From NCBI RefSeq assembly GCF_004010195.1, contig NC_057728.1, positions 41,137,821 to 41,201,820 of the forward strand: DNA of 64,000 nt, read 5' to 3'. This stretch comes from Chiloscyllium plagiosum. Lineage: Eukaryota. Within the stretch, counting starts at the first letter, position 1. Every line of letters begins with the position of its first letter. This document shows, piece after piece, positions 1 to 13,439 of the stretch. The notes beneath the pieces are model-generated. The model did no database searches. It was not told the origin of the DNA and was given only the letters and a program-made list of their open reading frames with translations. The translations under genes were made by a program, and so were the position numbers.

Positions 1-503
1 TACATTAATGCTGTTCAGGGCCCTGCCATTAACTGTATACACTTCCTTAACATTTGATCTCCCAATGTGCAACACTTCACACTTCGCTGATTAAACTCTC
101 CATCTGCAGTTTCTCCGTCCATACCTGCAACTGATCTATATCTCGCTGTATCCTTTGACAATCTTCTACAGTATCCACAACTTTTCTGATGTTTGTATCA
201 TCGGCAAACTAACCCACCCATCTATTTTTTCATTTAAGTCCTATCACAAACAGCAGAGGTCCCAGTATGGATCCCTGTGGAACTCCACTAGTCACGGACC
301 TCCAGCCTGAAAAGCACCCTTCCACCACTACCCTCTGCCTTCTATGGGCAAGCCAATTCTGAATCCATGCAGCCATTTTAATCTTCTGGATGAGCCTCCC
401 ATGAGGGATCTTGCCAAAAGCCTTACTAAACAGCACGTAGACAGCACCCACTGCTCTACCCTCATCGATCACCTTTGTCACTTCGTCAAAAAAATTCAAT
501 CAA
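1..503 (-). mobile_element. CR1-clade LINE RT fragment (HER1-like)
   Basis: ORF 230-499: FSKAFGKIPH...RRQRVVVEG...SGVPQGSILGPLLF. Confidence 0.9.
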
Positions 504-1280
504 GTACTGAAGTAGACCATTCAGCCTCTGTCACTTTCATTTCCCTCCAATCCTCTTAAAATCTTCACCTAACAAATGTCTGCCTAACTTGCTTTTAAGA
601 GTTTAAGCATTTATCCTAACATTCACAGCTTTTTTGGCAACAAGTCTTCCACAATTTTCAATTTCCTTCATCCTGGAAAATACTTCCTGACTCCACTCTG
701 CACGACCGTGCACGTCTCTGCAAGTGTTCTCTCATTTTCCCCACCACAGGGACTAGTCTCTCTTCGCTTTTATCTATTCCTGCCAAATCCAGTGCAATAT
801 TTTACGAACACAAGACTGTCAGCATGTACTGAAGAGAAGCCAACTTGCACTTTGGTTAAAATGGATCCTGTTGGAAGTTCACTCTGCATGTGTTTGCATT
901 AATATATTAGCTGAAGACCGTTCACATGCACCCCATGATCTCACAGCTCACCAAGAAATAGAACCTGTTTTACTGTCTGATTTTACACTCCTCCACATTG
1001 ATGCAGCTAACCTGTGAGCTAGTGACTGATTAATTTTGAAGTAGACACAAAAAAAGCTATATTGTCTCGGAAATCTGCCTAGCATCAAAGCTATATAGAA
1101 TCTTTTCCATGACCCATTCTTGAGTCAAAAGCAGGTTGAGGATTGGTATTGCAGTCGTGCTCATTTCTGCCTCATTTGAAGATCATGTGCAAGTTATTTT
1201 GCCTGAAGATCAGCTTTCTCGATTACGTCTTGCTTTTAAAGATTTTATGTTGAAGAACTAGTAGTAAGTTTGTAATAAAA

Positions 1281-1563
1281 CTCGGTGTCTCAGTGGTTAG
1301 CACTGCGGCCTCACACACCAGGGTCCCAGGTTCGATTCCAACTTCGGAATGTGGAGTTTGCACATTCTCCCCGTGTCTGCGTGGGTTTCCTCCCACAGTC
1401 CCAAAGATGTGCAGGTTAGGTGAATTGGCCATGCTAAATTGCCCATAGTGTTAGGTGCATTAGTCAGAGGGAAATGGGTTTAGGTGGGTTACACTTCGGA
1501 GGGTCGGAGTGGACGCGTTGGGCCGAAGGGCCTGTTTCCACACTGTAGGGAATCTACTCTAAA
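1281..1563 (+). mobile_element. HE1-type tRNA-derived SINE
   Basis: A box (ctcagtggttagca), B box (ggttcgattcc), central aaagatgtgcaggttaggtgaattggccatgctaaattgccc, CR1-like tail gggccgaagggcctgtttccacactgta. Confidence 0.9.
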
Positions 1564-2854
1564 TATGCCGATCATTCAGCATCTTTGGAAAGAATGGATT
1601 AGTTAATATTGAGGTTCACAGGAACAGATGCTAATCTTCACACTTTGTAAGCTCAGAGTTTTCTATTTTTTTTAGATTTCCATGTTTTAAAATACTTGTA
1701 ATGTACAAGTAGACTTTTTAGCTTCAAATTAGAAGAAAGCATGTCACATACACTGGCAGAGTTTAATAATTCCTAAGCTGAACTTTGGTACAAAGTATAA
1801 TATTGATACCAAAAAGATTCACCTGAGGAGGAAAAAAAGCCCAATTCTTTGTGCTTAAATAGTACTTCCTCTAGTGTGACCATTGAGCATCATAGTTATT
1901 TGCTGTTCAGGGTAATATATGCGAAGGAGCGTCCTGCTACAACAAGGAAAGTGGAAATTGAGGCTTTTTTTGTCAGCATATACAAGCCTAATTTATACTT
2001 TTTGGATGATCTCCTGTTACAATTGCCTCAGTGTTGAAAATGCATCTTAATGCCCGACTCGGACAATAAACCTTTCAAACTATGCTCATCCCCGAGTCTA
2101 CTTTCTCATGTTTTAATTTTATTTCTCTTTAAGGAATTTGGTTAGTTATGTTGCTGTTCAGTTAATATCGTATGTCGGGTTTCTTTTAAACAAAAAATAC
2201 TGCTGCAAATGCTTTTAGTGTTTCACAACCAATTTTCACTTTTTAAAACTCTTACAGCAATGCCACCTGATGAGAGTTTGTGGGCATCTGCCAAATTCTG
2301 GTACCTTACCTAATTCTTCATGTTTGTGCCTAGGTCATGTTGCACTGTTTACAGTGCAGCATTTCCAGTGCAGAAATGCACCATTTGAACCAACTGTTCC
2401 TTACACCAGCATTTATATTCCATGTAAGTTTAATTCTACCTCACCTTGTCTCATCTGATCAGTATTGCCTTCTTTACACTGTCATTGCCATTTTAAAGAA
2501 CTTTATCACTGTTACCAACTCAACTCTTTCTTTCCTGGAGAAAGGGACCTCAAACTGTGAAGTCTTTCATGCTAGTTTACTCTGTCTGTTTTTGTGGATA
2601 GAAAGCAGAGCTCGGTCCTAACAGTAGATGTTGACTCCCAGTGAGCATCCAACGTGGGGAGCAATGGTAACCCAAATTCTAGCTGATTCCCTCATTTAAC
2701 TGAGAGGTATTGGAAATTGTAGTATCATATTTTCCTGTCCCCCAGCAGGGATTAACATAAACCAAAGGAGCAAAGTTTGGATCTTCCTTATCTCTGCAAC
2801 TCCATTCCACATTCAGTGCAGAATTGCCTAGGGAGCTATCAAGGAAATAAGTCA

Positions 2855-4225
2855 AAACATATGGTGCTGGAAAAGCACAGCAGGTCAGGCAGCATCTGAG
2901 CAGCAGAAGAGTCAACATTTTGAGCACAAGCCCTTCAGGAATGGAGGGGCAAGGGGGCTGAGAGATGAGTTGGAAGGAGTGGGGCTGGTGGAAAGGTAGC
3001 TTGGAAGGCAATAGATGGATGCAGGCAGGGGGGATGGTGATAGGTTGGAGAGGGGAGGTGGGAAGGTGGATGGACAGGTAAGAGGTCAAGAGGGCGGGGC
3101 TGACTTGGAGAGTTGATTCTGAGATGAGGTGGGGGGAGGGGAGATAAGGAATCTGGTGAAATCAGCTTTGATGCCATGTGGTTGGAGGGTCCCTCGGCGA
3201 AAGATGAGGCATTCTTCCACCAGGCGTCAGGTGGCTAGGATTTGGCAATGGAGGAGGCCCAGGACTTGCATGTCCTTGGCAGAGTAGAAGAGGGGTTAAA
3301 GTGGTTGGCCACAGGGCAGTGGAGTTATTTGGTGCAGGTGTCGCAAAGATGTTCTCTGAAACATTCCACAAGTTGGCGTCCTGTCCCCTCAATGTGGAGG
3401 AGACCACATTGAGAGCAACAGACATAGTAGATGAGGTGTTTGGATGTGCAGGAAAATCTCTGCTGGATGTGGAAGGGTCCTTTTGAGCCTTTGATGGAGG
3501 TTAGGGGGGAGGTGTAGGTGCAGGTTTTAGACCTCTTGTGGCAGCAAGAGAAGATGTTGTGAGTGTAGGGTGGGTTGGTGGGTGGCATGGACCTACCTAA
3601 CAAGAGCATTGAGGAGGGGAATGGTCTCCGTGGAATGCTGATGGGCTGGGGAAGGGAATAAATATCTGGTGGTGGGGTCTGACTGTAGATGATGGAACTA
3701 GAGGAGGATGATGCACTGTACCTAGAGATTAGTGTGGTGGAAAGTGAGGATGAGGAGGGTTCTATCCTTGTTGCGGTTGGAGGGGTTCAATGGCGGAGAT
3801 GTGGGAAGTGGGGGAGATATGCTGGAGGGCATTGACCACGTGGGAGGGAAATTGTAATTCCACTCCAGAATATCCCAGATGGCCTCCTACTTCAAAGACT
3901 GCCATTTCCCCTCCCACATGGTCAACAATGCCCTCCAGCACACCTCCGCCTTTGAGCCCCACACCTCCAACTGCAACAAGGATAGAATCCCATTTCATCC
4001 TCCCCTTCCACCCCACCAGCCTCCAGATACAGCACATTATCCTCCACCATTTCCAACACCTACAGTCAGACCCCACCAGCAGGGATATATTTACCTCTCC
4101 ACCCCATTCCACAGAGACCATTCCCCCCTCGATGCCCTCATTAGGTCCATGCCATCCCTCCCTGCCCACCAACTCACCCTCCACTCGCGATACCTTCCCT
4201 TGCCTCTGCAAGAGGTATAAAACCT
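2855..4225 (-). mobile_element. Penelope-like element (GIY-YIG, Neptune-type) with an inverted 5' segment (3860-4225 on +)
   Basis: ORF 3325-3609: FSCTSKHLIYYVCCSQCGLLHIEGTGRQLVECFREHL (GIY-YIG). Terminal repeat gctggaaaagcacagcaggtcaggcagcatc with a decayed hammerhead. Confidence 0.85.
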
Positions 4226-5695
4226 GGTCCTGTTTTTTAAAAAAAGACTACCAGCCTACATCTCTGTCTGTACTTTGCACTTACTTCTATGCATTGTCAA
4301 AAGGGATCAAAGGCTTCCCAACATAAAGAGAATGAGGTCTTATTGATGGAAGTCAGTGGTTTGCTTGTACCTAGCCTGTGGCGAAACATGAAACTTGACT
4401 TGATTTAGCATTTCATTCACCAATCGTTTGTTTTCTAAGATTTTGTGGCTGCATCGTATTCTAAAGAAACAGCATTTGAAAGTGTTCAATTTTCAAATCT
4501 TTTCAATGTCAAAGGAAAGCAAAGTATACCAATCTGAACTCTCCTGCTTCTATGACTTTTGTCTTAAGATGCTCCTTAAAGCTCATTTCTTTTGACCATC
4601 CTTATTGGCCATTTTTCTAATTCCTTACACAGCTTGAATTGTAATGGACTTAGGCAGCTCCTTGTGGTTGCTTACCATGTGAAAAGACACTATATAAATG
4701 CAAATATTTTGTTAAAACCTTTGGACTGGTGCAGCCATGAAACCACTTGCTATTTCTCACACCCTCATTAATATTGAAACTTTGATCTTTCAGTAATGAG
4801 ATATTTTCAAAAATGTATGTGGTCAACTTTTTCAGTGCCTCTGGACTTGACACCATACACCACCGCAAGGCTACATGCTTCCACATTCAAGTATCTGCCA
4901 ATATTTCTAGTATAAGCAGTCAGTGTGTTTGTATGAATCATTCTGTGATAATGTTTTTCTCTTTCTTATGCTGTTCTAGCTATGGCTTTTATTATCTGTA
5001 TTGTTCATCCAAGGTGTTGCTACATTGCCTGCTGAAACCTTAATAAAGTTGGTGCTAAGACTCACATATGAAAGCAACAGTAGCTATGGTGATGTGCTGC
5101 ATAAGAAGCCATAGCTAAGTCCATGTCAGTCCATGGCTGAAATCCTTATGTGCACTTCCAGCAGTAAGAGTCACAACATAAAGACACAAGGGTACGAGCC
5201 AATCCTGATTTTTTATTTCCCCCTTTAATTTTCCATCCACCAAAGCTGACACCAATCTCCTGAACCTCGTCAGTTTATGGTCTTGAGACTGGCTAACTCA
5301 GCAAAAACAGATGTTTGAACCAGGAAGCTTGATGATATTCTGACGTATTTGAGAAACCCTTTTAGATTGTTGTTCATTTGGAGCCTTGTAGAGGGGGATA
5401 GAGAACTAAAGAGTTTTCTGTGGCCCATATATTGGTTGGTGTGGAAAAGTTTGTTTTTGGATATTTGTCATGGGTAATTGTGCATATTTAGAACATTTTG
5501 AGGGACGCAGTGGGAGGTGGGTGGAAACGGGGTTATCTGCAAATTAACCAGGTTTATCCTGAGTCAGAAACCGGGTGGTGCTTTTCCTTCCTAATCAGCA
5601 CTGCGGGTATACCTGCACCAGATGGACTGCAATGCTTCAAGAAAGCTTCAATGCTTCAAGAAGGCAGCTCACCACCACTTTCTCAAAGCAACTAG

Positions 5696-5952
5696 GGGTG
5701 ACACAGTGGTCAGCACTGCTGCCTCACAGCACCAGGGTCCCAGGTTCGATTCCAGCCTCAGGTGACTGACTGTGTGGAGTTTGCACGTTCTCCCTGTGTC
5801 TGCGTGGATTTCCTCCCACAGTCCAAAAATGTGCAAGTTAGGTGAAAGGTTAAATGTAGGGGAATGGGTCTGAGTGGGTTGCGCTTCGGCGGGTCGGTGT
5901 GGACATGTTGTGCCGAAGGGCCTGTTTCCACACTGTAAGTAATCTAATCTAA
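5696..5952 (+). mobile_element. HE1-type SINE inserted in a LINE 3' tail (from ~5600)
   Basis: Same head, body and tail as 1281-1563, ending in (aatct)n. Confidence 0.85.
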
Positions 5953-6807
5953 CTAGCAAGGCTGTAAATTCTGAGTGACTCCCAGAATATTGTTTCTTTT
6001 CTTAAGAAAAGAAACTCCTCTACTGAGAGATTGAGAACAGTTGAATCTCCCATATCTTTGATTTGCTTATAAAAGATCTGGTTACTTTGGTATGAATGTT
6101 AAGTAGTAATTAAGAAAATGGGTTTGATCACCACTGAACAGAAGAATACGTAAATAGGTAACACAGAACAATATATTAAGATGCAATACGAAGACAAGTT
6201 AAGGAAATGTCTCATGTCCTCATGATATTTTGTGATACTAAAAGAATAAATTGCATAAAACTACCATGTATGAAAGATAAGGAAAAATAAGATTACCTTC
6301 CTTCCATGAATTTTTTCCCCCACTGGCCCTCATACATTGTGACAGTTTCAATTTATCTGTCACATTTCTGCAGCATAGCATGCCTGCTTCCTTTGTTGTT
6401 AAGCAAAACCATTCAGCTTTTGCTTGTTTTAGCCAAATTAACTTTGGAGAAGACTGTTATCAAGCAGTAAGTAGCAAAGTTGAGCAAGGGAAATGGTTTA
6501 TCAGTAATTTAATTCAGGAGAAGATGGTGAAGTGACATTATGTCATGAATTTTAACAAAGCAACTTTCCAACCCTTGCTGATACCTGCATGTTGCAGACT
6601 GCTGTCTTTCACAGTAAATCAGGTCTCCAACATAACATGCTGGGTGACGCTCTCAAGCAGTGTAAAAAAGAAGACTACCTAGTATCCTGTGTGCCAGACC
6701 CCAGCACTTTTTTTTTTGAGAGTACTTTCCCATTTTTTTTGTATTCATTCAAAGGATGTGGACATTTCTGGCAAAACTGGCATTTATTGTCCATCCCTAA
6801 ATAAAGA

Positions 6808-7290
6808 TAGAAATCTAGAAACTAGGTGCAGGAGTTGGCTAGTCCATCCTTCAAGCTTGTTCAACTATTCAAAGAATCATGGCTGATCCTCCATCCCAAT
6901 GCCCTTTTCTTGTTTTTCCCTAAAACCCTTTGATGGCTTTAATATCTAAAAATTTCCATCTCTCTTTCTTGAATATAACACTGTCTGGGTCTCCATGGCC
7001 CACTGTGGTTGAGAATTCCACAGGTTCACTCCCTTTTTGAGTGAAGAAATATTTCTTATCTCTATAATACGTGGGCCTACCCTGTATCCTGAAACTTTGA
7101 CTGCTGATTCTAGATGCCACAACCAGACAAAATATCTTCGCTTTATCTGATTTGTCCAGCCTTGTTAGAATGTTAAATGTTTTCAATCGGATCACCTTTC
7201 ATTTATTCTGAACTCCAGTGAATACAAGTCTTGTCAAACTAATTCTTGTAGGACAGTCCTGGTATCGTTCTGGTGAACCACTGCACTCTG
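6808..7290 (-). mobile_element. CR1 3' end, decayed
   Basis: ORF 6920-7195 resembles the CR1 ORF2 C-terminus (FFTQ...IFKKE). Confidence 0.75.
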
Positions 7291-7429
7291 AGAGTATTGG
7301 AGAGTAGATATACAGTGGGAATACAGAATTCTATTGACAGAAGAGACTGGTGGAAATGGGTAGCAGAGGCAATTTATTGTGAAGGTAAGCACAAGCGTTT
7401 CAGTGCCATTTCACAGCCCGTGACTGTTT

Positions 7430-9340
7430 GCAAGTATGGTCGTCATCGGTAATCACTCATTAATGACTGCGTTTGTCCACCTAGGAAATTGTATCATTGG
7501 TCATGGGTTCTGTGGCTCCTGAGCCTGATCCAAGAGTCACATCTTGAACCACACATTTGGCTGATGTTTCTGGGAGGTGGAATTGGTTTTGGCCTCAAGC
7601 ATTGGCATTCCTCTCTGATTCCTTTACTGTACTTCCTCTTACCATTGGATGTTCTCAAAGAATTGTATCCCGTCATAAGGAGATTCCTCCAAGTTGGCTT
7701 CTTCTGAGCAAGGGTCTGTCATGTGTTGACATCTGTGTTGCATATTTTTGAGGGAAGCCTTCAAAGGGTCTTTGAAATGCTTCCTTTGTCCTTGTATTGC
7801 TTGAGAGCCTTCTTCAAGGTGGGTAGAAATGTATTGCTTTGGCAGTCAGAACTTGGGCAACCCAAGCATGTGGCTAGCCCAGCAGAGTTATTTCCACGTG
7901 ATCATGGCCTTGATGCTCATGCTCTTGGTTGTTACAAGGAATCTGATGTAAGTATTCCTGTCCTCCCAGCTGATGTGGTGAGTCAAATAGCATTGATAGT
8001 AATTCTCTAGGATCTTGAGGTGGCTTCTATATTTATTGCATGTTTCAGAGCCAAATAGAAGAGTTGGAAGGATGACTGCCTTCTACATAAAGGTCTTGGT
8101 ATCAGTACTGATGACATGGTCATTGAAGACTCTCATCCTTCAGTGTCCAAAAGCAGCACTCTCCGATTGCATCCAATGTTGAATTTCTGCATCAGTCTCA
8201 GAATTGGATGAGAGGTAACTTCCCAGGTAGGGAAAATACTCCATGTTTGGGATGGTTCTCTGTTGATTTTAATGGAGGGATGGACTGGAACTTGACCTGG
8301 GACCGGTCGGAATTGGATTTGAATCTCCTTCAGTTTGAAGTTGAGAGTAATTCTTTGGTATTAAATGAGGCTTGAAGACTCTTCCAAGAGAGGAGAGATG
8401 ACATTGTCATCTGCATACTGTTGGCTTTTTTTCTTAAATTTCAACAGGTTGAGGTTGAAAAGTTTTCCATCCATCCTTTAAGCATTCTCCACATCACTGG
8501 GAAGCACGTTCTTGACAGGTGACGAATGGTGGTGAGAAAATGGAGAAAAGGCTGGCGATGATCCTTGCTTGACCCATGTCTTGACTTCAAAGGATTCTGT
8601 CATATTACTATCAGTGAGGCTGACATCTTGGCATGGAACAGGTGAAGGCTGCTGACAAATTTCACGAGACGGTCTTTGACAGGAACTTCCATAGTACTTC
8701 CTATTTGATTGAGTCAAAAGCGTTGGTCAGGTCAGTGAGGCCCATGTAGAATGGTTGTTGTTCCTGGAATTTCTCTTGGAGTTGCCAAGTTGTGAAAATG
8801 ATGTCCATAGTTCCACAGTTCGGTCAGAAGTCAAACTAACTTTCAGTAAGAACTTTCTCCATGACTGGGAGAAGGCACCTAGCGAGTAGAGAGATTGCTC
8901 TGCTCTGTAGTTTCCACAATCCATGTTGCCTCCTTTCTTGAAGACAGTGGTGATGGCAGCATCCCTGCAATTGACAGGGATTCCTTCTCTGTCCCAGGTT
9001 TTCAGGAACACTCGATGGAGGTGGCGAGTAAGCTTTACTCCTCCAAGTTTGAACATCTCCCCTGGAATGTCAGTTCCTCCTGCAGCTATTCCATTCTTAA
9101 TGTCTCTAATGGAGTTTTCAACTTCTGCCACTTTAGGTAAGAGTCTAAGATCATCTCTGGGGAGTTGGGCAGTGATATCAATGTTAAAATGCCTGGATTT
9201 TTAGGCACCAAGGGTAGATCTCCATTCCGAATGATTGATTAGCTTGTTAACAAGCATTCGTATGTTACAGGTTTCGAGACTGTCTTTCACTTTTGATTCT
9301 CAGACCACAAGTAGATGAGTCCCCTGGATAGTAGGTTGAT
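7430..9340 (-). mobile_element. RTE-clade LINE, decayed RT and C-terminus
   Basis: ORF 8727-9131: KNGIAAGGTDIPGEMFKLGG...RDAAITTVFKKG..DCGNYR. ORF 8478-8717: FEVKTWVKQG. Both are RTE-type signatures. Confidence 0.85.
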
Positions 9341-9344
9341 TAGT

Positions 9345-9655
9345 AAGGTTGAGTCACATGAGATCCAGGAGGAACTAGCCAATTATATACAAAATTGACT
9401 TGATGGTAGACAAGGGGTGGTAGTAAAGGGTGGTTTTTTGAACTGGAGGCCTGTGACCAGCGGTGTGCCACAAGGTTCATCAGTGCTGGGTCCACTGCTT
9501 TTCATCAGAACATTGAGTATAGGAGTTGGGATGTCAGATTGCAGCTGTACAGGATGTAGTTGAGGCCACAATTCTGGTCATTCTATATGAAGGATATTGT
9601 TAAAATTGTGAAAAGACTTACAAGGATGTTGCAGCAACTGAAGGGGTCGAGTAAT
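9345..9655 (+). mobile_element. CR1 RT fragments
   Basis: tggaggcctgtgaccagcggtgtgccacaagg...gtgctgggtccactgctttt (WRPVTSGVPQG..VLGPLL). Confidence 0.8.
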
Positions 9656-9900
9656 AATCATAAGCATAAAAGGAGAGTTCCATTTCTGTTTGCTTTCAGT
9701 TAGGTTCTGAATCTGCCACTTGTAAAAAGGCTCTTGCTAAAGTTACAATGGAACTGTGACCAGAAATGCAGCAAAATATTAATAAAACTTTTGAATACCA
9801 GCATTATATTAGTCAGAACTGTTCACAATGAAGTTATGACCAGAAATGTTTCATCCTCCATTTTGCTTTCCTCTCTGCTTTCTTATCTTGTTTCTCTCTT

Positions 9901-9918
9901 CCCCCCCCCCCCCCCCCC
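9901..9918. repeat. (C)18 homopolymer
   Basis: 18 consecutive C. Confidence 0.95.
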
Positions 9919-10929
9919 TTCCTTTCAATATTAATCCACTGTGTTCACCCTGCTCAGTGAATTCTCAGTTCTGGATGAATCCTATTAAGATTAGTTCTGT
10001 ACCAAATTTGGATCTAATACCATGGTAATCAGAACCCTAGTTAGAACTTGCATACCACCATATGTTTAATTCCCTTGTGTTGTTTTCCTGATCCGAATAG
10101 CACCAGTATTAGGAGTTTTCCTGAAATTACAATCCCCGGAGTCTTGGTTTTCATTTCTTCCCCTAATTCCTGAATATCCTTTTGATCTGCCAGAGTACGT
10201 AAATCCCCAATTCAAATGCTAAACTTTGGTGACTACAGTTACTTTCTTTCATCCCTCCCAGTCCCCACCACCAAAGAAATCTTGGAATTTGAATATACAA
10301 CATGAATAGCTGCTTTAAAAAGTCACAAATTCCAAACAGAATTTGTCCAATTCTCATTTCACCATTCCTTCGTTATTGTTGGGTCAAAAGCCTGTTGAAC
10401 ATCCCTAGGTCTACCAGAGATGGTTGTTGGAGATCAGTCATCTCCGATGTAGGATATCTCTGCAGGCATTCCTCAGGGTAGTGTTGTCGGGCCATCCATC
10501 TTCAGCTCTTCATCGGTGACCTCTCCTCCATCATAAGGGCAGAAATGGGGATGTTCGCTAATGATTATGCAACGTTCAGCATTATTTCTAACTTTCCATA
10601 TACTGAAGCAGTCCATGTCCAAATGCAGCACGACCTCGACAATATTCAGGAATGGGCTGACAAATGGTGCATGCTTTGGCACCACACAAATGCTGGGCAA
10701 TGACCATCTCCAACAAGAGAGAATCTAATCGTTGAACATGGATAGACAATGGCATTATTATCACTGAATCCCTCACTGTCTACTTTCAGGGGGTAATCAC
10801 TGACCAGAATCCGAACTGGACTAGCACATAAATACTGTGGCTACAAGAGCAGGTTTGAAGTGAGGAATAAGCAGTGAGTAGTTCACCTTCTGACTCTCAA
10901 AGCTTGTCTACCTCTGGACAAAGACACTC

Positions 10930-11092
10930 CATTCTTATAAATTCTGTGTCTGTGTGCGTCTCTGTCACTTCACCTGACAAATGAGCTACACTCTGAAAGC
11001 TTGTGATTTCAAACAAACCTGTTGGACTATAATCTGGTATCATGTGACTTCTGCCTGTGTCCACCCCAGTCCAACACCACCACCTCCATATC
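10930..11092 (+). mobile_element. Short PLE-like terminus, family B (aaacctgttggactataa)
   Basis: Homologous to 30365-30790 and 59045-59260; decayed hammerhead cacctgacaa...ctgaaagcttgtg. Confidence 0.65.
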
Positions 11093-11249
11093 AAGTCAGG
11101 AGTGTGATGGAATATTCCCACTCTAACAACACTCTCTAGAAGCTTAACACCATCCAGGACAAAGAGACTCATTTGATTGGCACCACATCCACAAACATTT
11201 CCTTCCTCCAGCACTGACACTTAGAACCTGTAGACACACAAGTGCTCCT

Positions 11250-11460
11250 CGGAGAAAGTGAGGACTGCAGATGCTGGAGATCAGAGTCGAAGAGTGTGGT
11301 GCTGGAAAAACACAGCCAGTCAGACAGCATCCAAGGAGCAGGAGAATCCATGTTTCAAGCATAATTCTGAGGAAAGGTTTTTGCCTGAAACATCGATTCT
11401 GTTGCTCCTCGGATGGTGCCTGACCAGCAGTACTTTTCCAGCACCACACTCTTCGACACT
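11250..11460. mobile_element. Palindromic non-autonomous PLE derivative, family A
   Basis: Inverted arms gtcgaagagtgtggtgctggaaaa / ttttccagcaccacactcttcgac; possible tgctcct TSD (11243, 11463). Confidence 0.8.
11363..11398 (+). ncRNA. Diverged hammerhead motif at the centre of a palindromic element
   Basis: AAUU-CUGAGGA-A-AGGU...GCCU-GAAA-CA-UC-GAUU. Confidence 0.5.
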
Positions 11461-12439
11461 GTTGCTCCTATCCATAAGATGCACTGCAGAAATTCACTAA
11501 GGCTTCTTGGATAGCAACTTTTTAAACACATGTCCATTACCATCCAGGATAAGGACAGCAGATACAGGGTATATGGGAACGTCAGTAACTAAAAGTTCAC
11601 TTCCCAGCCACTCACTATTCTGTCTTAGACATATATCTCCATTCCTTCAATGTCGTCAGATAAAAATCCTGGAACTCCTTCCATAATGGTTGGTTAACCT
11701 GAACAAATGGATTGCAGTGGTTCAAAACAGCAACTCGTCACCACCATCTCGAGGGCAACTGGGAATGGGTAATAAATGGTGGCCTGGCCAGCAGTACCCA
11801 CGTCCTATGAATTAATTTTTTTTAAAACCCACAAAGATTTCAGTGATTCAAAGAGGCATCTCACTGCCATTTTTTTTCAAGCAACTAAAGTTGTTTTTAA
11901 ATGCTGACTTTTCCTGTGGTATTCTTATCATTTTTGAATGAACATTTTTGCTTAATAATCATAAATCAAATAGTGTTTCATTTTTCTTAGTGGTGCCATT
12001 CTAAAACCTCATGCAGCACTAGATGTGAGCTGCTGTATCGATGAAATCCAGCTGTTTAATCCAGGCAACGATAGAAGTCAGTTCAACTTTAGAAGGTTCC
12101 AACTCCTATTAAATACCACATGATTGAAGTCATTGTTTGAAAGTTGCTAAGGCTGTTCAGCACTGATGAAATACATGTGAACCTCACATTGGCTGTTCGC
12201 CAGTTGCAATGAACAAAATGCAAGCTTAGACACACTTCGTACTGAAGATGAATTTGTTGATATGAAACACAAAATGCAAGGGATTTACTATTGGATCTTG
12301 CAACATGTCCCTATAATTAGCCAGGCAATCTTGAAAACCCCAATCAACAATTGGCATTTGCTGTATGCTGTAAAGCTAATTTTGGTTCCAATTTTCGATT
12401 TCCCTTGGACCCCATGTACTACTGTAATCCAGGGAGAAA

Positions 12440-12960
12440 GACCACATCAAACATTGTCTTAATTGATACTGTTTGTTACTTTCTCATACAGTCCAACCAA
12501 ATTAGTTAGACATAACCTCACCTTATCAAATCTGTGCTGACTTTATATGATTAATTTGTCTTTCTGAATGACTCTTTTCCTAACCCCCTGAATGTTTTCC
12601 AATAATTTTCTCATCACTAAATTTAAACTGACTGGTCTGTAATTACTCAATCTATCCCTTCTTCCCGGTTTTTAAAAAAAAACTGAAGCTGTGCTTGCAG
12701 TCCTCCCAGCACGGCATTGTAGCTAAAGTAGATTGGAAAATGGTCATCTGAGTCTCCACAAATTCCTATCTTGCTTCTCAGCAGCCTTGGATACATTCTG
12801 CCCTATGACTTATCTACTTGCAAAGATGCTGAACTTTTAATATTTCATCTTTTCCTATATTTTTCCTATCCAATATTTCACACTCCTCTTTAACTAACAA
12901 CATTTAAATCAGACAATCTGCAGACAAAAACAAAGATTTTATTAAGAACCATACTAATGT
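12440..12960 (-). mobile_element. Highly decayed CR1 fragment
   Basis: Motifs such as aattagttagacataacct...aaactgactggtctgtaattac resemble other CR1 copies in the window. Confidence 0.5.
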
Positions 12961-13044
12961 TTTATGCCTCCACATGACTATTTCCCTTTTTTACTTCCTA
13001 ATCTAATATCACAAGTTCTCCTCTGCCCTTACTGAGCTGCTCTT

Positions 13045-13165
13045 CATATATGGAGGGATATGGGCTTGATGCTGACAAACAGGACGAGGTAATTTGGGAT
13101 GTCTGGTCAGCGCAGACAAGTTGGACCGAAGGGTCTGCTTCCATGCTGTCTGCCTTTATGACCTT
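13045..13165 (+). mobile_element. CR1 3' tail
   Basis: gagggatatggg...gttggaccgaagggtctgcttccatgctgt. Confidence 0.7.
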
Positions 13166-13439
13166 TTTGTAGATGTCCATGTAACCTACTTAGTCTCCTG
13201 CTGCTTGCAGCAATACCACTAACAGTTATGCTTTCAGCATCATTACTTTAATTGCTGTTTTGCCCATAGTTAATGCCTTGAACCTAGTTTAAACTCAATT
13301 TATTAGATAATTAGAAAGTTGAATCCATTATTTCTGCAAGAAAAGATTTTTGTAGATTTTATTGATGTTTTTGAATTATGAATGTCAGACCACTGTTATT
13401 CAAATTGACTATATTAATGAATATTAAGACATAAGTATT

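Larger units (their letters stand above)
10415..11825 (+). mobile_element. CR1-type LINE of a second family, 3' part, carrying two nested insertions
   Basis: DISAGIPQGSVVGP...GMFANDY RT motifs. Tail ctcgtcaccaccatctcgagggcaactgggaatgggtaataaatg is shared with SINE family B. Confidence 0.8.

Noticed and set aside
1281..1345. tRNA-like A/B boxes as tRNA genes (also at other SINE heads)
   Set aside because: They continue into SINE body and LINE-like tail; no complete cloverleaf.
7341..7390. Possible cassette exon ending AAG|GTAAGC
   Set aside because: 44 nt, so frame-shifting; weak acceptor; the ATG frame stops before the donor.
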